A DNA stretch of 64,000 bases, from contig NC_068986.1 in assembly GCF_001194135.2 (NCBI RefSeq), positions 4,451,393 through 4,515,392 of the forward strand, in the 5' to 3' direction. The translations under genes were made by a program, and so were the position numbers. The notes under the pieces are model-generated. The model was given only the letters and a program-made list of their open reading frames with translations, was not told the origin of the DNA and searched no databases. This document shows, one piece after another, positions 1 through 11,282 of the stretch (positions are counted from its first letter, which is position 1; each line of letters begins with the position of its first letter). Source of the stretch: Octopus bimaculoides. Lineage: Eukaryota.

Positions 1-261
1 CTATGAACCCATATGTTGCATCACTCACACACAAACACACACACACACAAATATATATATGTTTGGGAAAATGAGTAGAAATAGCTTTTCTGATGATTTT
101 TCCGCTTTAATTATTAGGTTTTTTAAAAATTAGGTGTTTATATACATTTTATCATAGAAGTGGAAAATTACCAGACAAACTATTTGTATATAATACTGTT
201 CCAAGGACTTTCCATTTCTTATTCTACTGTGTGTGTGTGTGTGTGTTAGTGTCTACTTACC

Positions 262-483
262 TGTACTCGCTGTAATAGCTGTAAATGAATGTAACCATCG
301 TGCAAGTGGTATCCCTTGTTTCCAACTGTCTGTTAAAACATATCCTGTCATGGGGAAATATTAACTTTGCTGGAAATGTGTGGCAGTTAATGACAGAAAA
401 GGCATCTGGCCATTGAAAATCCACCCCACCTAATTTCCATCCACCTTGTGTGAGTATGGAAAAGTGAATGTTAAAATGATAAT
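262..483 (+). mobile_element. Family C repeat (RTE-LINE 3' UTR / RTE-tailed SINE), degraded
   Basis: Carries the family motifs catggggaaatatt, gaaaaggcatctggc and the tail ggaaaagtgaatgttaaaatgataat shared with many copies in the window. Confidence 0.7.
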
Positions 484-1217
484 ATAAAAGTCTACCCATC
501 TATTTAGACTAAGTATTCAAACATTTTGTTTGCTGTAAATATATAAAAATCTACACATATAGACAAACTACGCAAGCAATTTGTTTGTTATGAGACTATG
601 CAGACACTTTTAATAAAAAAAATTAAAAAAAAGAATTTTAATGGAAACAAAAACTACATTTTCATTTATAGCAACATTTGCATCTGTTATCTATAATCTG
701 GTAAAAATGTATTTTGTATTTTTTTCTCACCTGAAAAATTTTCTTTGTGATATACATACATTCACAAGTACCTGCTCTCTCTCTCTCTCACACACATACA
801 AGCACACACTCGCATAAATGTTTCCAGGTTATTTTCCCTGCTAAAATGAAGGTTAGCCTTGCAGACTCTATGACAATGTCATTGTGGTTCATTCCCTGAG
901 GCAGTGTTTCACAAGGTGCCTTTCCACCCAGCTACCATTCTATATGATATGCAAAGGAAACAATGTACTGATTCCAAATCCAAGAATATGCAATCTTTCC
1001 TTGGAATTTGAAGACTTACAATTAATATTGCACAGCTCTTCTTTTACAATGTCTGTAGATTTGGCACTTGTAGGTCATCCGTTTCAGTGCAACTATATTA
1101 AAGACATAATGATTTGTGGAAATTAATAACTTTACTGCTTTGAAATTTCAATTTTCTAAATCTTAGTGACTGATAAGACTGGGGCTATATTCATTAAGAC
1201 AAAGAAAACCAGTTCTC

Positions 1218-1276
<59 letters not shown>

Positions 1277-1282
1277 TACATC

Positions 1283-1530
1283 ATCATCATAATCATCATT
1301 TTAATGTCCAGTTTTCCATGTATGCATGTATTGGTTGGACAGAGTTTACAGCAGTAGATTTTCAACAGCTGAATAACCTTTCCATTGATAACCCTCACCT
1401 GTTTCCAAACAACATAATATTTCCCCATGGCCAAACATATCTTCACAGAAGTTTAATAATGAAGGAAAGCTTGCATGACAGTTACACTATTTTAGAACTA
1501 ATACATGGGATGTCAAGGCAACAAGACAGC
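1283..1530 (-). mobile_element. Family C repeat, minus strand
   Basis: Begins catcatcattttaatgtccagttttccatgtatgcatg (reverse complement of the family tail); contains atatttccccatggcc. Confidence 0.75.
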
Positions 1531-1532
1531 AA

Positions 1533-1538
1533 CACACA

Positions 1539-1613
<75 letters not shown>
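1533..1613. repeat. (CA)n microsatellite
   Basis: About 80 bp of near-perfect CA repeat. Confidence 0.95.
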
Positions 1614-1616
<3 letters not shown>

Positions 1617-1760
1617 ATAGACTTCTATCAGTTTCCATCAACCAAATTTACTAACATGGCTCTACTCAACCTGGCAGCTATAGTAGATATTTGCTCAAGG
1701 TGTCACAAAGTGGCACTGAACTCAGTCATGTGGTTGGGAAGCAACCTTCTTAACTACACA
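1614..1760 (-). mobile_element. Family B tRNA-type SINE, 5' half
   Basis: ttctatcagtttccatcaaccaaattt...gtggttgggaagcaaccttct matches the reverse complement of the family B head. Confidence 0.7.
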
Positions 1761-1926
1761 ACTATATCTGTGTCCTGTGCATGTGTATGTTTGTGTGCGC
1801 ATGTGTGTATCCAACCAACCAACCATAGAAACCGAGCCAAACCATACTAGAACCTGCTGCAGCCCTCCTGCTTACCAGCTCTGGTCAGACTGTCCAACCC
1901 ATGTCAGCATGCAAAATGGACATTAA

Positions 1927-2385
1927 CCCTTTAGAGCATTCAGATTACTCTGTCAAATGTAATGCTTATTTATTCATATTGCTTTGGGTTAATCATGCAT
2001 TATCTTGCAGCTTTGAGATTTCAATGACGTGATTATTTTGAGAATGATATTGTAGAGTAGGTGTGAAAGGTTGGGCATAGCCAGTTTGAACAGAAAATGG
2101 GTAGAATATTTTGGCGGCGAGCTGGCAGAAACGTTAGCACACCGGGCGAAATGCTTAGCGGTATTCCGCCTGTCGCTACGTTCTGAGTTCAAATTCCGCC
2201 GAGGTCGACTTTGCCTTTCATCCTTTCGGGGTCGATAAATTAAGTACCAGTTACGCACTGGGGTCGATGTAATCGACTTACTCCCTTTGTCTGTCCTTGT
2301 TTGTCCCCTCTATGTTTAGCCCCCTGTGGGCAATAAAGAAATAAGAATATTTTGGCCATATATGGGCAGGTTAAATGCTAAAGGG
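1927..2385. mobile_element. piggyBac-type MITE (family P1) flanked by TTAA
   Basis: TTAA-CCCTTTAG...CTAAAGGG-TTAA termini; TTAA target and CCCT ends are established piggyBac hallmarks. Confidence 0.8.
2113..2347 (+). mobile_element. Family A tRNA-derived SINE, young copy with target-site duplication
   Basis: Head ggcggcgagctggcagaaacgttagc, box-B-like ttctgagttcaaattcc, core gcctttcatcctttcggggtcgataaattaagtacc; CpGs intact; agaatattttggc repeated at 2103-2115 and 2344-2356. Confidence 0.9.
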
Positions 2386-2791
2386 TTAAATGATGATGAT
2401 GATGATGATGATGATATATAGTTTTATATGCACAAGCACATTTTCATTGCTATATAAAAGATTACAGTTAAATTACAGATAATGAAGTAGAGAAACTAAC
2501 AACAGAAATGAAATATAAGTAAAATAAATGTAACAGGATGAAATATTCAGCTTCTCTGGGATAGTGAAGAAACTGATGAAGCCCTAGCTGTTCATAGTCT
2601 CAGAAAGGGAAAAACGTAATTTGAATATTGTTCATGGGTAGAAATGAAATCTCTTTGTGAATTTAGGAGATTAACAGAGACATTTCTAGATATGTTTTTG
2701 TGTGTAAATTGTGGTAACCTCTCGGCTACTAATTGTTAGATTTAGTCAATAATTATTGCTTCTTTCAGGAATACTTATCTTTCGTTTGTTA

Positions 2792-3196
2792 TCTTTTACT
2801 TGTTTCAGTCGTTAAGCTGTGGTTATACTGAGGTACCACCTTGAAGAATTTTTAGTCAAATGTATTAAATATGGTACTTATTTTTTATTTTTTATTTTTG
2901 TTTAAAGCCAGGTACTTATTCTGTCAGTTTCTTTTCCTGAGCCACTAAGTTATGGGGACATAAACACACCAGCACTGGCTGTCAAGCAGTGGTGGGGTAG
3001 AAACACATACAAAAAGGCACATACACGCACACACACACATACAATGGGCTTCTTTCAGTTTCTGTCTACCAAATCTACTCGAGGTTTTAGTCTGCCTGAG
3101 GTTATAGTAGAAAACGCTTGCCCAGAGTGTGACACAATGGGATTGAACCCAGAACCATGTGGTTGAGGAGCAAGCTTCTTACCACACAGCCACACC
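2792..3196 (-). mobile_element. Family B SINE (tRNA head, central AC/AT microsatellite), full length
   Basis: tcttttacttgtttcagtc ... ggcttctttcagtttctgtctaccaaatc ... agcttcttaccacacagccacacc. Confidence 0.85.
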
Positions 3197-3584
3197 CTTC
3201 TAAATTTTGCAGTATCTCATCATAGTTGTAAATAATCTATGCCTTTCCTTTATAAACAATCTAAGCTGGAAGTGTTTGATCACCATGAGCTTCATTGTTG
3301 AAAAACTGAAAAAGCATCTTCAAAACACCACCTAAAACAATGTTATCTTTGAACAGATATTTGGAAACAGCTTAAGTCTGCACTCAATGACCTATCTTTA
3401 TTCAGACTGACTGATTTAGTTTTAGTTTGACTGCATTTTGACATGGGATTTGCCAATTCTCTGTATCATAGATATTTGGCTGAAGCCAAGTATGAAATTT
3501 GTGGTTAACGGAGAATACAGCCTGAATTGGTTAATTTCTCATCACAATACATTATATGAATACAACATTGCAATTATTATTCTC

Positions 3585-3830
3585 GTTCTCTCTCTCTCTC
3601 TCTCACTCTCTCTCTCTCTCTCACTCTCTCTCTCTCTCNNNNNNNNNNNNNNNNNNNNNNNNNNNNNNNNNNNNNNNNNNNNNNNNNNNNNNNNNNNNNN
3701 NNNNNNNNNNNNNNNNNNNNNNNNNNNNNNNNNNNNNNNNNNNNNNNNNNNNNNNNNNNNNNNNNNNNNNNNNNNNNNNNNNNNNNNNNNNNNNNNTGCA
3801 ATTATTATTCTCGTTCTCTCTCTCTCTCTC

Positions 3831-3870
<40 letters not shown>
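3585..3870. repeat. (CT)n microsatellite spanning an assembly gap (N 3639-3796)
   Basis: CT repeat on both sides of the N-run. Confidence 0.9.
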
Positions 3871-3874
<4 letters not shown>

Positions 3875-4619
3875 GTTTTAACCTTCTTGCCTATTTTCTT
3901 CCTGCTCTTGTTTGTTGGTTATTTAATTTTTACATATCTCAAAATTCTACTGCAATTTCTACAGCCAGTTATGCACACACACACACACACACACACATCC
4001 CCTCTCACTCTACAATCCTCTCACCACCACCACCACCACTCTGTTTTTTTACTCTCACTTCCTTCACCCTCTCCTACCTCTTCTGCTATTGCTGTCTCTA
4101 TAGTTCACCTTCTCTGTTCATACTGTGAATGAATGAACATATCAGTGAATAGTCAGTCTTTAGTCATATGGTAGACATACTACAAAACCTGGCAGGTGTT
4201 AGTACTATGATAAAATGTATCCATTACACTCTGTAAACTGGCTGGTGAATAAGTGGAGACACCTGTTGAGGAGGACCCTAAAGTGTTGTGAGAACATAAC
4301 TTTTTTAATGCAGGGACCATAATGAAGTGCACTTAGTACCCTTGATGAAGTGGTTGGTTATAGGACAAAGGACACAGAAACCATGCCACAGTGAAATGTT
4401 TGAGTGAGATGTGGTGTTCCAACCCATCTAAAAGAGGAGTAAGAATTAATTTGAACTGTGACAACTCAACCAACCCATGCCAGCATGGAGAGTAGGTGTA
4501 AAATTATGATGGTGCTTGGTTTTGGGTTGAGCCCCAGTCTTGGGCCAACCAAACCCTTGTGAATGTATTGCAAAGGCAGATACTGAAAAGAAGCCTATGT
4601 GTGTCTGTCTGTCCTTGTG

Positions 4620-4835
4620 TTGACATTGTACAATGATTAATTGTAAAGAAGTCTTGCTGTCACACACTCAGTGACATTCATCTGCAATTGCCATGGAAAC
4701 ACATCAAGCCATGAGTAAATATTACAGCACTTGGAAACAGACAAGAGTTGATGAGAGGAAAAGTTGTAGCCTTTTTAGTCTCAATGAAATCCATCCAAGC
4801 CAAACAAGCATGGAAATGTGACATTAAAATGATTA
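4620..4835 (+). mobile_element. Family C repeat, degraded
   Basis: ccatgagtaaatattacagcacttggaaacag ... agcatggaaatgtgacattaaaatgat. Confidence 0.6.
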
Positions 4836-4871
4836 TATATCTGTAAATTTGTTTGTATGTATGTATGTATG

Positions 4872-5208
4872 TTTTGGCATCCTTGAATCAGTAAAGCTGG
4901 GCGTATGAGTCATCTTCGGAGTCATAAAGCAAGACCGAGGATTGACCACCAGGCCGCTGGTGATGATGCTACACACCATACTAGTCATGTCTGTCGGGCA
5001 TGTGGAAGGGAGTGTGATTCAGCAAAAGTACATGGAGCCCAATTACAACAACAGCCAGCTATTGCCAGTAAAGGTTTTGGATGCCAACTCTGTGCAAGAC
5101 ATTGTAGATCTTTGGCTGGGCTAAAAAGTCACATTCGATCACAGCACCGTTAAGGTAAGCTTCATGCAATGACCATACTCGATAATGAGGGGGCAGCCAT
5201 CATCATCA
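4872..5208 (+). mobile_element. 5'-truncated non-LTR retrotransposon (RTE-type) C-terminus with tandem C2H2-like zinc fingers, short 3' UTR and (CAT)n tail
   Basis: ORF 4905-5153 encodes SKAGRMSHLRSH, HVCRACGRECDS and FGCQLCARHCRSLAGLKSHIRSQH, followed by gaccatactcgataatgagggggcagccatcatcatcat; no splice acceptor, flanked by microsatellites. Confidence 0.7.
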
Positions 5209-5234
5209 TGTATGTATGTATGTATGTGTGGATG

Positions 5235-5540
5235 GATGGATGGTTAGAGCATTGGGCTCACAATCATGAGGTAGTGAGTTTGATTCCTGGACCAGGCTGT
5301 GTGTTGTGTTCTTGAGCAAGACACTTTTTGTAGAAATAAGTTGCAATGTCACTGGTAGCAAGCTGTATCGACCTTTGTCTTTCCCACAGATAACATAAGT
5401 GACGTGGGGTGCAGAAGCTGGAATGCATAGGTGACTGGTGGTCTTCCATAAACAACCTTGCCTGGACTTGTGCCTTGAAGGGGAACTTTCTAGGTGCAAT
5501 CCCATGGTTATTCATGACCGAAAGGGGTCTTTACCTTTTT
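5235..5540 (+). mobile_element. Family D tRNA/CORE-like SINE with gaccgaagggggtctttacc-type tail
   Basis: tggttagagcattgggctcacaatcatgaggtagtgagtttgattcc head, cttgagcaagacactt core, tail ggaactttctaggtgcaatcccatgg...gaccgaaaggggtctttacc. Confidence 0.8.
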
Positions 5541-5629
5541 ATATATACGAAATATAAGTCATACTGCAGTTATTTAAATTCTTTGACAATTCATTAATGA
5601 ATAATCAATATTTTTATACAGATTCTGTA

Positions 5630-5812
5630 CACTGGGCAAAATGCTTAGCGCCTTTTCACCCATTTTCATATTCTGAGTTAAAATTCCACCAAGGTCATCT
5701 TTGCCTTTCATTCTTTTGATGTTAATAAGTACCAGTTGAACACTGGGTTCAAGGTAATCAACTTACTTCCTCACCTTAAATTGCTGGCCCTGTGCCAAAA
5801 TTTGAAACCCAT
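5630..5812 (+). mobile_element. Family A SINE, degraded
   Basis: aaatgcttagc...ttgcctttcattcttt...aatttgaaacc. Confidence 0.7.
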
Positions 5813-5944
5813 ATTTTTATACAGCTCCTCCATGTGCTTGTGTATAGAATTGACAAGTCCTTTAACTCTTTGAGGAGTTATGCTGTGCAGCATATCTTGG
5901 GTGAGAAAACCTGGCAGAGCCTATCCCTCTCCAGACTAAATTCA

Positions 5945-6078
5945 TTTCTACAGCTGAGTGGACTGGAGCAACATGAAATTGTTTTGCTCAAGAACAAAAT
6001 GCATTGCCAGGTCCAGGAATTGAAATCACAATCTTATAATTGTGAGTCCAACACCCTAACCACTAAGCCATGTGCCTC
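5945..6078 (-). mobile_element. Family D SINE 5' part
   Basis: cagctgagtggactggagcaacatgaaat...ccctaaccactaagccatgtgcc. Confidence 0.7.
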
Positions 6079-6592
6079 TGCATATAGAATAGGTCAGCTC
6101 AAAAATCTTTTAGTCACTCTCACAGATCACTCTTAATCCAGATTTTATCTTACTTTTTAGATTTTCACAGGATATGAAGATGTTTATACCTTTGTTAGAG
6201 TTTTTCTCATGGCTACGCTATAAAGCATGATTATAAGTCACAATAATGTAAAGATGCTTGCATAATCTGATTCAGTAAATTGCAAACTACCAAACGATAT
6301 ACTATGAGCATGAATATATTTATTTATTGCTTTTATCAGAGGAAGACACCTGTGACTTTTGCAGGGACTCAGTAATGGATGTGACTCAAGGCAGTCAAAA
6401 CTACGACTCATGGAATATCAGGTTATCCTCAAACTTCATTCATAGTTTTCTTCATTTACTCTCCACCCAATTTCTCTCACAAGGCTTGGCTCAACTTGAA
6501 GCTTATAGTAAACGACACATGTCCAAGATGCTACATTGTGCAATGAAACTTGGCATCATGTGATTATAAAATAAGCTTCTTTTCCCCCACAG

Positions 6593-6638
6593 CCTTTATA
6601 ACTAAATTTAACTTAAAGGAAATTAATGAGGAAATTGT
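6593..6638 (+). CDS. Candidate internal exon (xFITKFNLKEINEEIV), unidentified
   Basis: Strong acceptor ttcttttcccccacag, donor gtaatt; phase-compatible with 7324-7359. Unverified. Confidence 0.18.
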
Positions 6639-7084
6639 GTAATTTTTTTTTATTTTTATTGCAATAAAGTAATAAATTATCTGGAAAACTTAGAATAAAC
6701 ATCTAAAGGTTTATGCAAAAACTCATTATTTCTCCTAAATCAAACCTGTATGAGAAAATTGGATAAATGCATTTAGTTATATTTTAACTTTACTTATGGT
6801 TATTTTGAGATATATCAAATATTTTTAATGTGTATTTGTAATAGCATTTAGTGATTAAATAGCTCTTTAGTATAGGTACATTTGAGTTGATCCATGAATA
6901 TGTCTTTGCATGAGCTTTTGCGAAAGCTTGTAAGCCCCCAAAATAAGATATATTGACTAAAGGTCAGTGATACATTAGCATTATACTGGTACCCTTATCA
7001 AATTTATATGATAATCACCCTGAAAAGTCTAATTGTTCGGCATTTTCTATTTTGTCATTAATAGCATTATTTATGGATATGACA

Positions 7085-7086
<2 letters not shown>

Positions 7087-7142
<56 letters not shown>
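7087..7142. repeat. (CT)n microsatellite
   Basis: Perfect CT run. Confidence 0.95.
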
Positions 7143-7148
<6 letters not shown>

Positions 7149-7323
7149 AAAAAAAATTCTTCTTTTACAGTGACATTTTATTTCATATTTTGCCTATTTA
7201 AAATATATTAAACAGCAGTTTATAGATGCGCTTAAGTACTTTGTTGTCATGTAGAAAATTATTTATGGCCAAGAAAAGAGCTATTAACAGAAATTTTGAT
7301 TTATAGAAATATTATTTTGATAG

Positions 7324-7359
7324 CTGGATAACTGGAACTGTTGCCGGATCTCAGTTCAT
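7324..7359 (+). CDS. Candidate 36-nt exon (WITGTVAGSQF), unidentified
   Basis: ttttgatag acceptor, gtaatt donor, GC-richer than flanks, one CpG. Unverified. Confidence 0.18.
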
Positions 7360-7702
7360 GTAATTTGTTTTACCAGATATGGCATTTAAAATGTAAAATA
7401 TATCTTTTTTTGATAAACACACGAATTTAGCCTCAGTTATAAAAGGCTGCTTAAAGTAGATTACAGCTTTTCTCTCGAGAAGACTTGTTTGTAGTCTTAG
7501 ATCTTTATCAGAGAAAGAATGCTCAACATGTCAACAGAGAAATAATAACTTATAGCTACTTATTGTGGATATAAACCATGGCTAAACTAATTTACACAGC
7601 AGTGCATAAACTGGCCAATGCAGATTAAATCATTTGTAGTGCACAACACTGCATTTTATGATGATTTGAAAACCAAGATACACCTTTTTATATAAATAAA
7701 TT

Positions 7703-8088
7703 GGCACAGCTGTGACAGTGTAGGTAAAGGGTTTGCTCCCCATCCAGGTGGTTTTGGGTTCAGTCCCACTGTGTGGCCCCTTGAACAAGTCTCTTTGTTT
7801 ATAGCCCTGAGATGACCAAACCTTGTGAGTGTATTTAGTAGGTGGAAACTGAAGGAACTCCATTGTGTGTATGTGTGTGTATATCTATGTGTTTGTGTTT
7901 GTTCCCCACTGCTTAACAACTTGTTGGTTTGTTTACATCCCTATATCTTAGCAGTTCAGCAAATGAGTCCAATAGAATAAGTACCAGACTTTAAAAGTAA
8001 GTACTGGGGTAGATCTGTTTGACTGAACCCTTCATTATGGTGCCGGAGTGTGGCCACAACCCTGCGACTGAAACAAATGAAAAAGATA
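7703..8088 (+). mobile_element. Family B SINE, full length, degraded
   Basis: ttgggttcagtcccactgtgtggcccc ... ttgtgagtgtatttagtaggtggaaactgaagg ... gactgaaacaaatgaaaaagataa. Confidence 0.85.
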
Positions 8089-8418
8089 AAAATATCAAAA
8101 ACATACAACTTCAGCCTCACTGTGAAAAGTAAACAAAGGAAGAAAGTAGCTGTATCACAGGTTTTATGTTACTATATTTTAAATTACCCCAAAATGTAGT
8201 ACTGTGCACCATGACCTGATAAAGTAATTCACAGTATCAGGGCATGCATTGTTATGCAAATTAGCCAAACCAGTTTAGTGAAGTCCTAGTTTGTATATAC
8301 TATAAACAGCTATCTGTTACTAATCTTTTACTCTATATAGACAAGATGCAAGGTGGTGCCACAGCATGACTGCAGTCTAAGTAAAAGATAAGATATTTTG
8401 AATTGTAACACTTTCTGC

Positions 8419-8618
8419 TCTTTTACTTGTCTCAGTCATTTGACTGTGGCCATGCTGGAGCACCGCCTTTTAGTCGAGCTAGTCGACCCCAGGACTTATT
8501 CTTTGGAAGCCTAGTACTTATTCTATTGATTTCTTTTGCCGAACCGCTAAGTTACAGGGATGTAAACACACCAGCATCGGTTGTCAAGCGATGTTGGGGG
8601 GGACAAACACAAACATAT

Positions 8619-8653
<35 letters not shown>

Positions 8654-8804
8654 CATATATACGACGGGCTTCTTTCAGTTTCTGTCTACCAAATCCACTC
8701 ACAAGGCTTTGGTCGGCCCAAGGCTATAGTAGAAGACACTTGCCCATGGTTCCACGCAGTGGGAATGAACCCGGAACCATGTAGTTGGTAAGCGAGCTAC
8801 TTAC
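8419..8804 (-). mobile_element. Family B SINE, young copy
   Basis: CpG-rich: gagcaccgccttttagtcgag...catcggttgtcaagcgatg...acgacgggcttctttcagtttctgtctaccaaatccactcacaaggctttggtcggccc. Confidence 0.9.
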
Positions 8805-9889
8805 TTGTTCTATCGGTCTCTTTTAGAAGACAGGGACGTAAATAAACCAACACTGATTGTCAAGTAGTTTTGGTGAAATTTGAACCAAAGCTATTAGAAA
8901 TAAATTTTAAAATACACCGAAAATTTCCATTTCTTTGGATGATTCTAAGCCCCCCTGATGGAGGCTTAACCCCCTGTAATGGTACAACAGTGTAAGAGTT
9001 TGCTTTGAGATATACTTAGATTGTAATTTCTGCAATGTGGTGCATAAATTGTCGAGTAAAGGAGAGGCATCTTTGCCTCCACTGATTCAGTTGTAAAGTG
9101 TTATTTTGAGGAAAGTTATTTGGTTGCAGATCTCTTTTGAGTCTTTTTATTATCACTGGGTCAGAGATAGTCTCCAGATGGTAACATTGATTTCAAGGCC
9201 TTTCCAGGTAAGTGATTGATCATTCAAAGAGATTTATAGATTGCAAATTTATTCTGTTCATTTACCTATCAGCATAGTGATCATTGGTAAACTCCTGAAG
9301 TGACACTTTCATTTCCCCTTAGCCCTCACGCCACACAATTGTTGATGTTTATTTGAGTTGGGTCACGCCCTTCCAATTGCATCTTATGGCTGTGCTGGTC
9401 ACCTGTATGGTAAGGAATCTTACATTGGGGAATGGTAACGATTAGGGTAGGGTAGCTGACTACTTATTGTGATCATTCGTCTTTTGGCTTCCTCTGGCTT
9501 TGCTCGAGCATCCATATATTTCCGATTTCAAAGAAATTTGCACAATCAATATATACTCAAATTAAAAAAGATTCCCAACAATTCAACTTCTCTGGTTCAC
9601 CTTAGGAATCCCCTAATAGGAGCTTTAACTCCCACATTTTAGAGCTTCATGTGCTCCATTTTCCAGGAGTAAAATCCTTTGAATGGGTTTTATAAGATTT
9701 GGATTTTGGAATCTAAGCATAACGGTGAGTAGTATGGGATAAATATGTCATGATTAGAATTTTTGTTAGGATGTGTAAAGAGGGAAAGAACCCCCATTAA
9801 AATTCTTAATCTCCAATTTTGAGGAAATTCGAATCATAGACATTCCAGTTCATTAGAGAAAATATAAAAGGAAAGTCAAATTCTTCAGT

Positions 9890-9923
9890 TCCATGTGACA
9901 TGGGCAACGCCGGGTATCTCAGC

Positions 9924-9930
<7 letters not shown>
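9890..9930 (+). mobile_element. Helitron-like 3' terminus remnant
   Basis: gggcaacgccgggtatctcagctac resembles the GC-rich subterminal motif plus CTAG end of invertebrate non-autonomous Helitrons (CTAG here CTAC); 5' end not located. Confidence 0.35.
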
Positions 9931-9972
<42 letters not shown>

Positions 9973-9974
9973 TG

Positions 9975-10098
9975 CCAGGCTTCCACACAGTTTCCATCTG
10001 CCATATTCACTTATAAGGCACTGGTAATGTGTAGTGGGATTGAACCTGAAACAATGTGGTTGGAAAAAGAGCTTCTTCACCACACAGTCATGCCTGTG
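9975..10098 (-). mobile_element. Family B SINE head fragment
   Basis: gtgggattgaacctgaaacaatgtggttggaaaaagagcttcttcaccacacagtcatgcctg. Confidence 0.7.
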
Positions 10099-10475
10099 CT
10101 TATGTAGTTAATACTCACTTGAGTCTTCAAAAATCTAATGCCTTATATACCGTTCTTGCTCAACTGTACTTTCACTTGTTTTTGTTTTTTATTATTTTGC
10201 CTCTAAAATGATTTTTCTTTTTGCTACATGTGCTTTGACATGTGAGAGACGATAATTTACAATGGTAATCAACACAACCAGTTAATTTGATTATACATTC
10301 AAAGGAATAATTCAGTGCCTTTTACTGTCCTATATTTATTTAGCATAGAGTAGATGTTATATCTGTTTTGTTTTCTTTTTTTTCATTATTTTAGTCGAAA
10401 ACTGTTAACTAGTATTTAGTGAGGTGTTTGCTAAAAAAATATAATTAATAAAGAAGAAACAATTAGCCTTTTTAA

Positions 10476-10705
10476 CTCTCTTGATACCAACCTGTCTGAC
10501 AATATCTTTGGCTTTGTGATACAAGTTTACTGCTTTAAAGTGATCTAAATGAAAAGAAAACAAAAACTCTTCATTAGTATTCCATGTTTATTCATGTTCC
10601 AAACAGCAAGTTGATAATGATGAAGTTATTTTACTAAATTCATTATTTTCAAAATCTTTTGAAACAAAAGCAGAGTATTTTAACAGAAATGTAAGTAACA
10701 AAAGG
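10476..10705. mobile_element. TTAA-flanked MITE (family P2)
   Basis: ttaactctcttgataccaacc...tttaacagaaatgtaagtaacaaaaggctaa; homologous to 17682-17897, 48754-48958 and reverse 13199-13335. Confidence 0.7.
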
Positions 10706-10735
10706 CTAAATTTTTAAACTTGAAAAAGGGTTTAA

Positions 10736-11282
10736 CCCTTTAGTATTCAGATTATTCTTTGCTACATAGTTAAGTGGTTAGAACTTCTGGCTCACAATCA
10801 TGAGGTAATGAGTTCGATTCCCAGACTGGGCTATATTTTGTGTTCTTGAGCAAGACACTTCATTTCATTTTGCTGCAGTTCACTCAGCAGTAAAAATAAG
10901 TTGCAACATCACTGGTTCCAAGCGGTATTGACCTTTGCCTTTCCCTTGGATAACATCGGTGGCATGGATGACTGTTAGTCTTCTATAAACAAACTTGCCT
11001 GGACTTGTGTGTCAGAGGGGAACTTTCTGGGTACAATTTTCCTGGTCACTCATGACTGAAGGGCGTCTTTCTACTTCTTTTTTTATTCTCTCAAATATAA
11101 GGCTTGTTTATTCACATTCTTTTGAATCAGCCATTTTGTAGCTTCAAGATTTTGAAGGAGTAATCGTTTTATCTTTGTAAAGTGACATTGTAGGGTAGGT
11201 GTAAGGGGCCAGATTTGGTTGGTGTGAACATAAAACTGGCATAATATTTTGGCTGGATATGGCCAGTTTAAATACGAAATGG
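10736..11282. mobile_element. piggyBac-type MITE P1 carrying a family D SINE
   Basis: ttaaccctttagtattcagatt ... ggccagtttaaatacgaaatggttaa; same internal sequence as 1927-2385. Confidence 0.75.
10760..11075 (+). mobile_element. Family D SINE nested in MITE
   Basis: Same head, core and tail as 5235-5540; ttattct at 10752-10758 and 11083-11089 is a possible TSD. Confidence 0.8.

Larger units (their letters stand above)
1805..2415 (+). mobile_element. Family C 3' tail interrupted at its TTAA by a MITE
   Basis: ccaacccatgtcagcatgcaaaatggacaTTAA ... TTAAatgatgatgat: the tail resumes exactly after the MITE. Confidence 0.75.

Noticed and set aside
3563-3870. Identical tgcaattattattctcgttctctc... 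on both sides of the N-run
   Set aside because: Typical overlap of contig ends across a microsatellite gap; assembly artefact rather than a biological duplication.
6327-6563. 78-codon plus ORF (EEDTCDFCRDS...MKLGIM) with a reasonable acceptor, and a 40-codon antisense frame
   Set aside because: No recognisable homology, weak donor, and equally plausible readings on both strands; not supportable as CDS.
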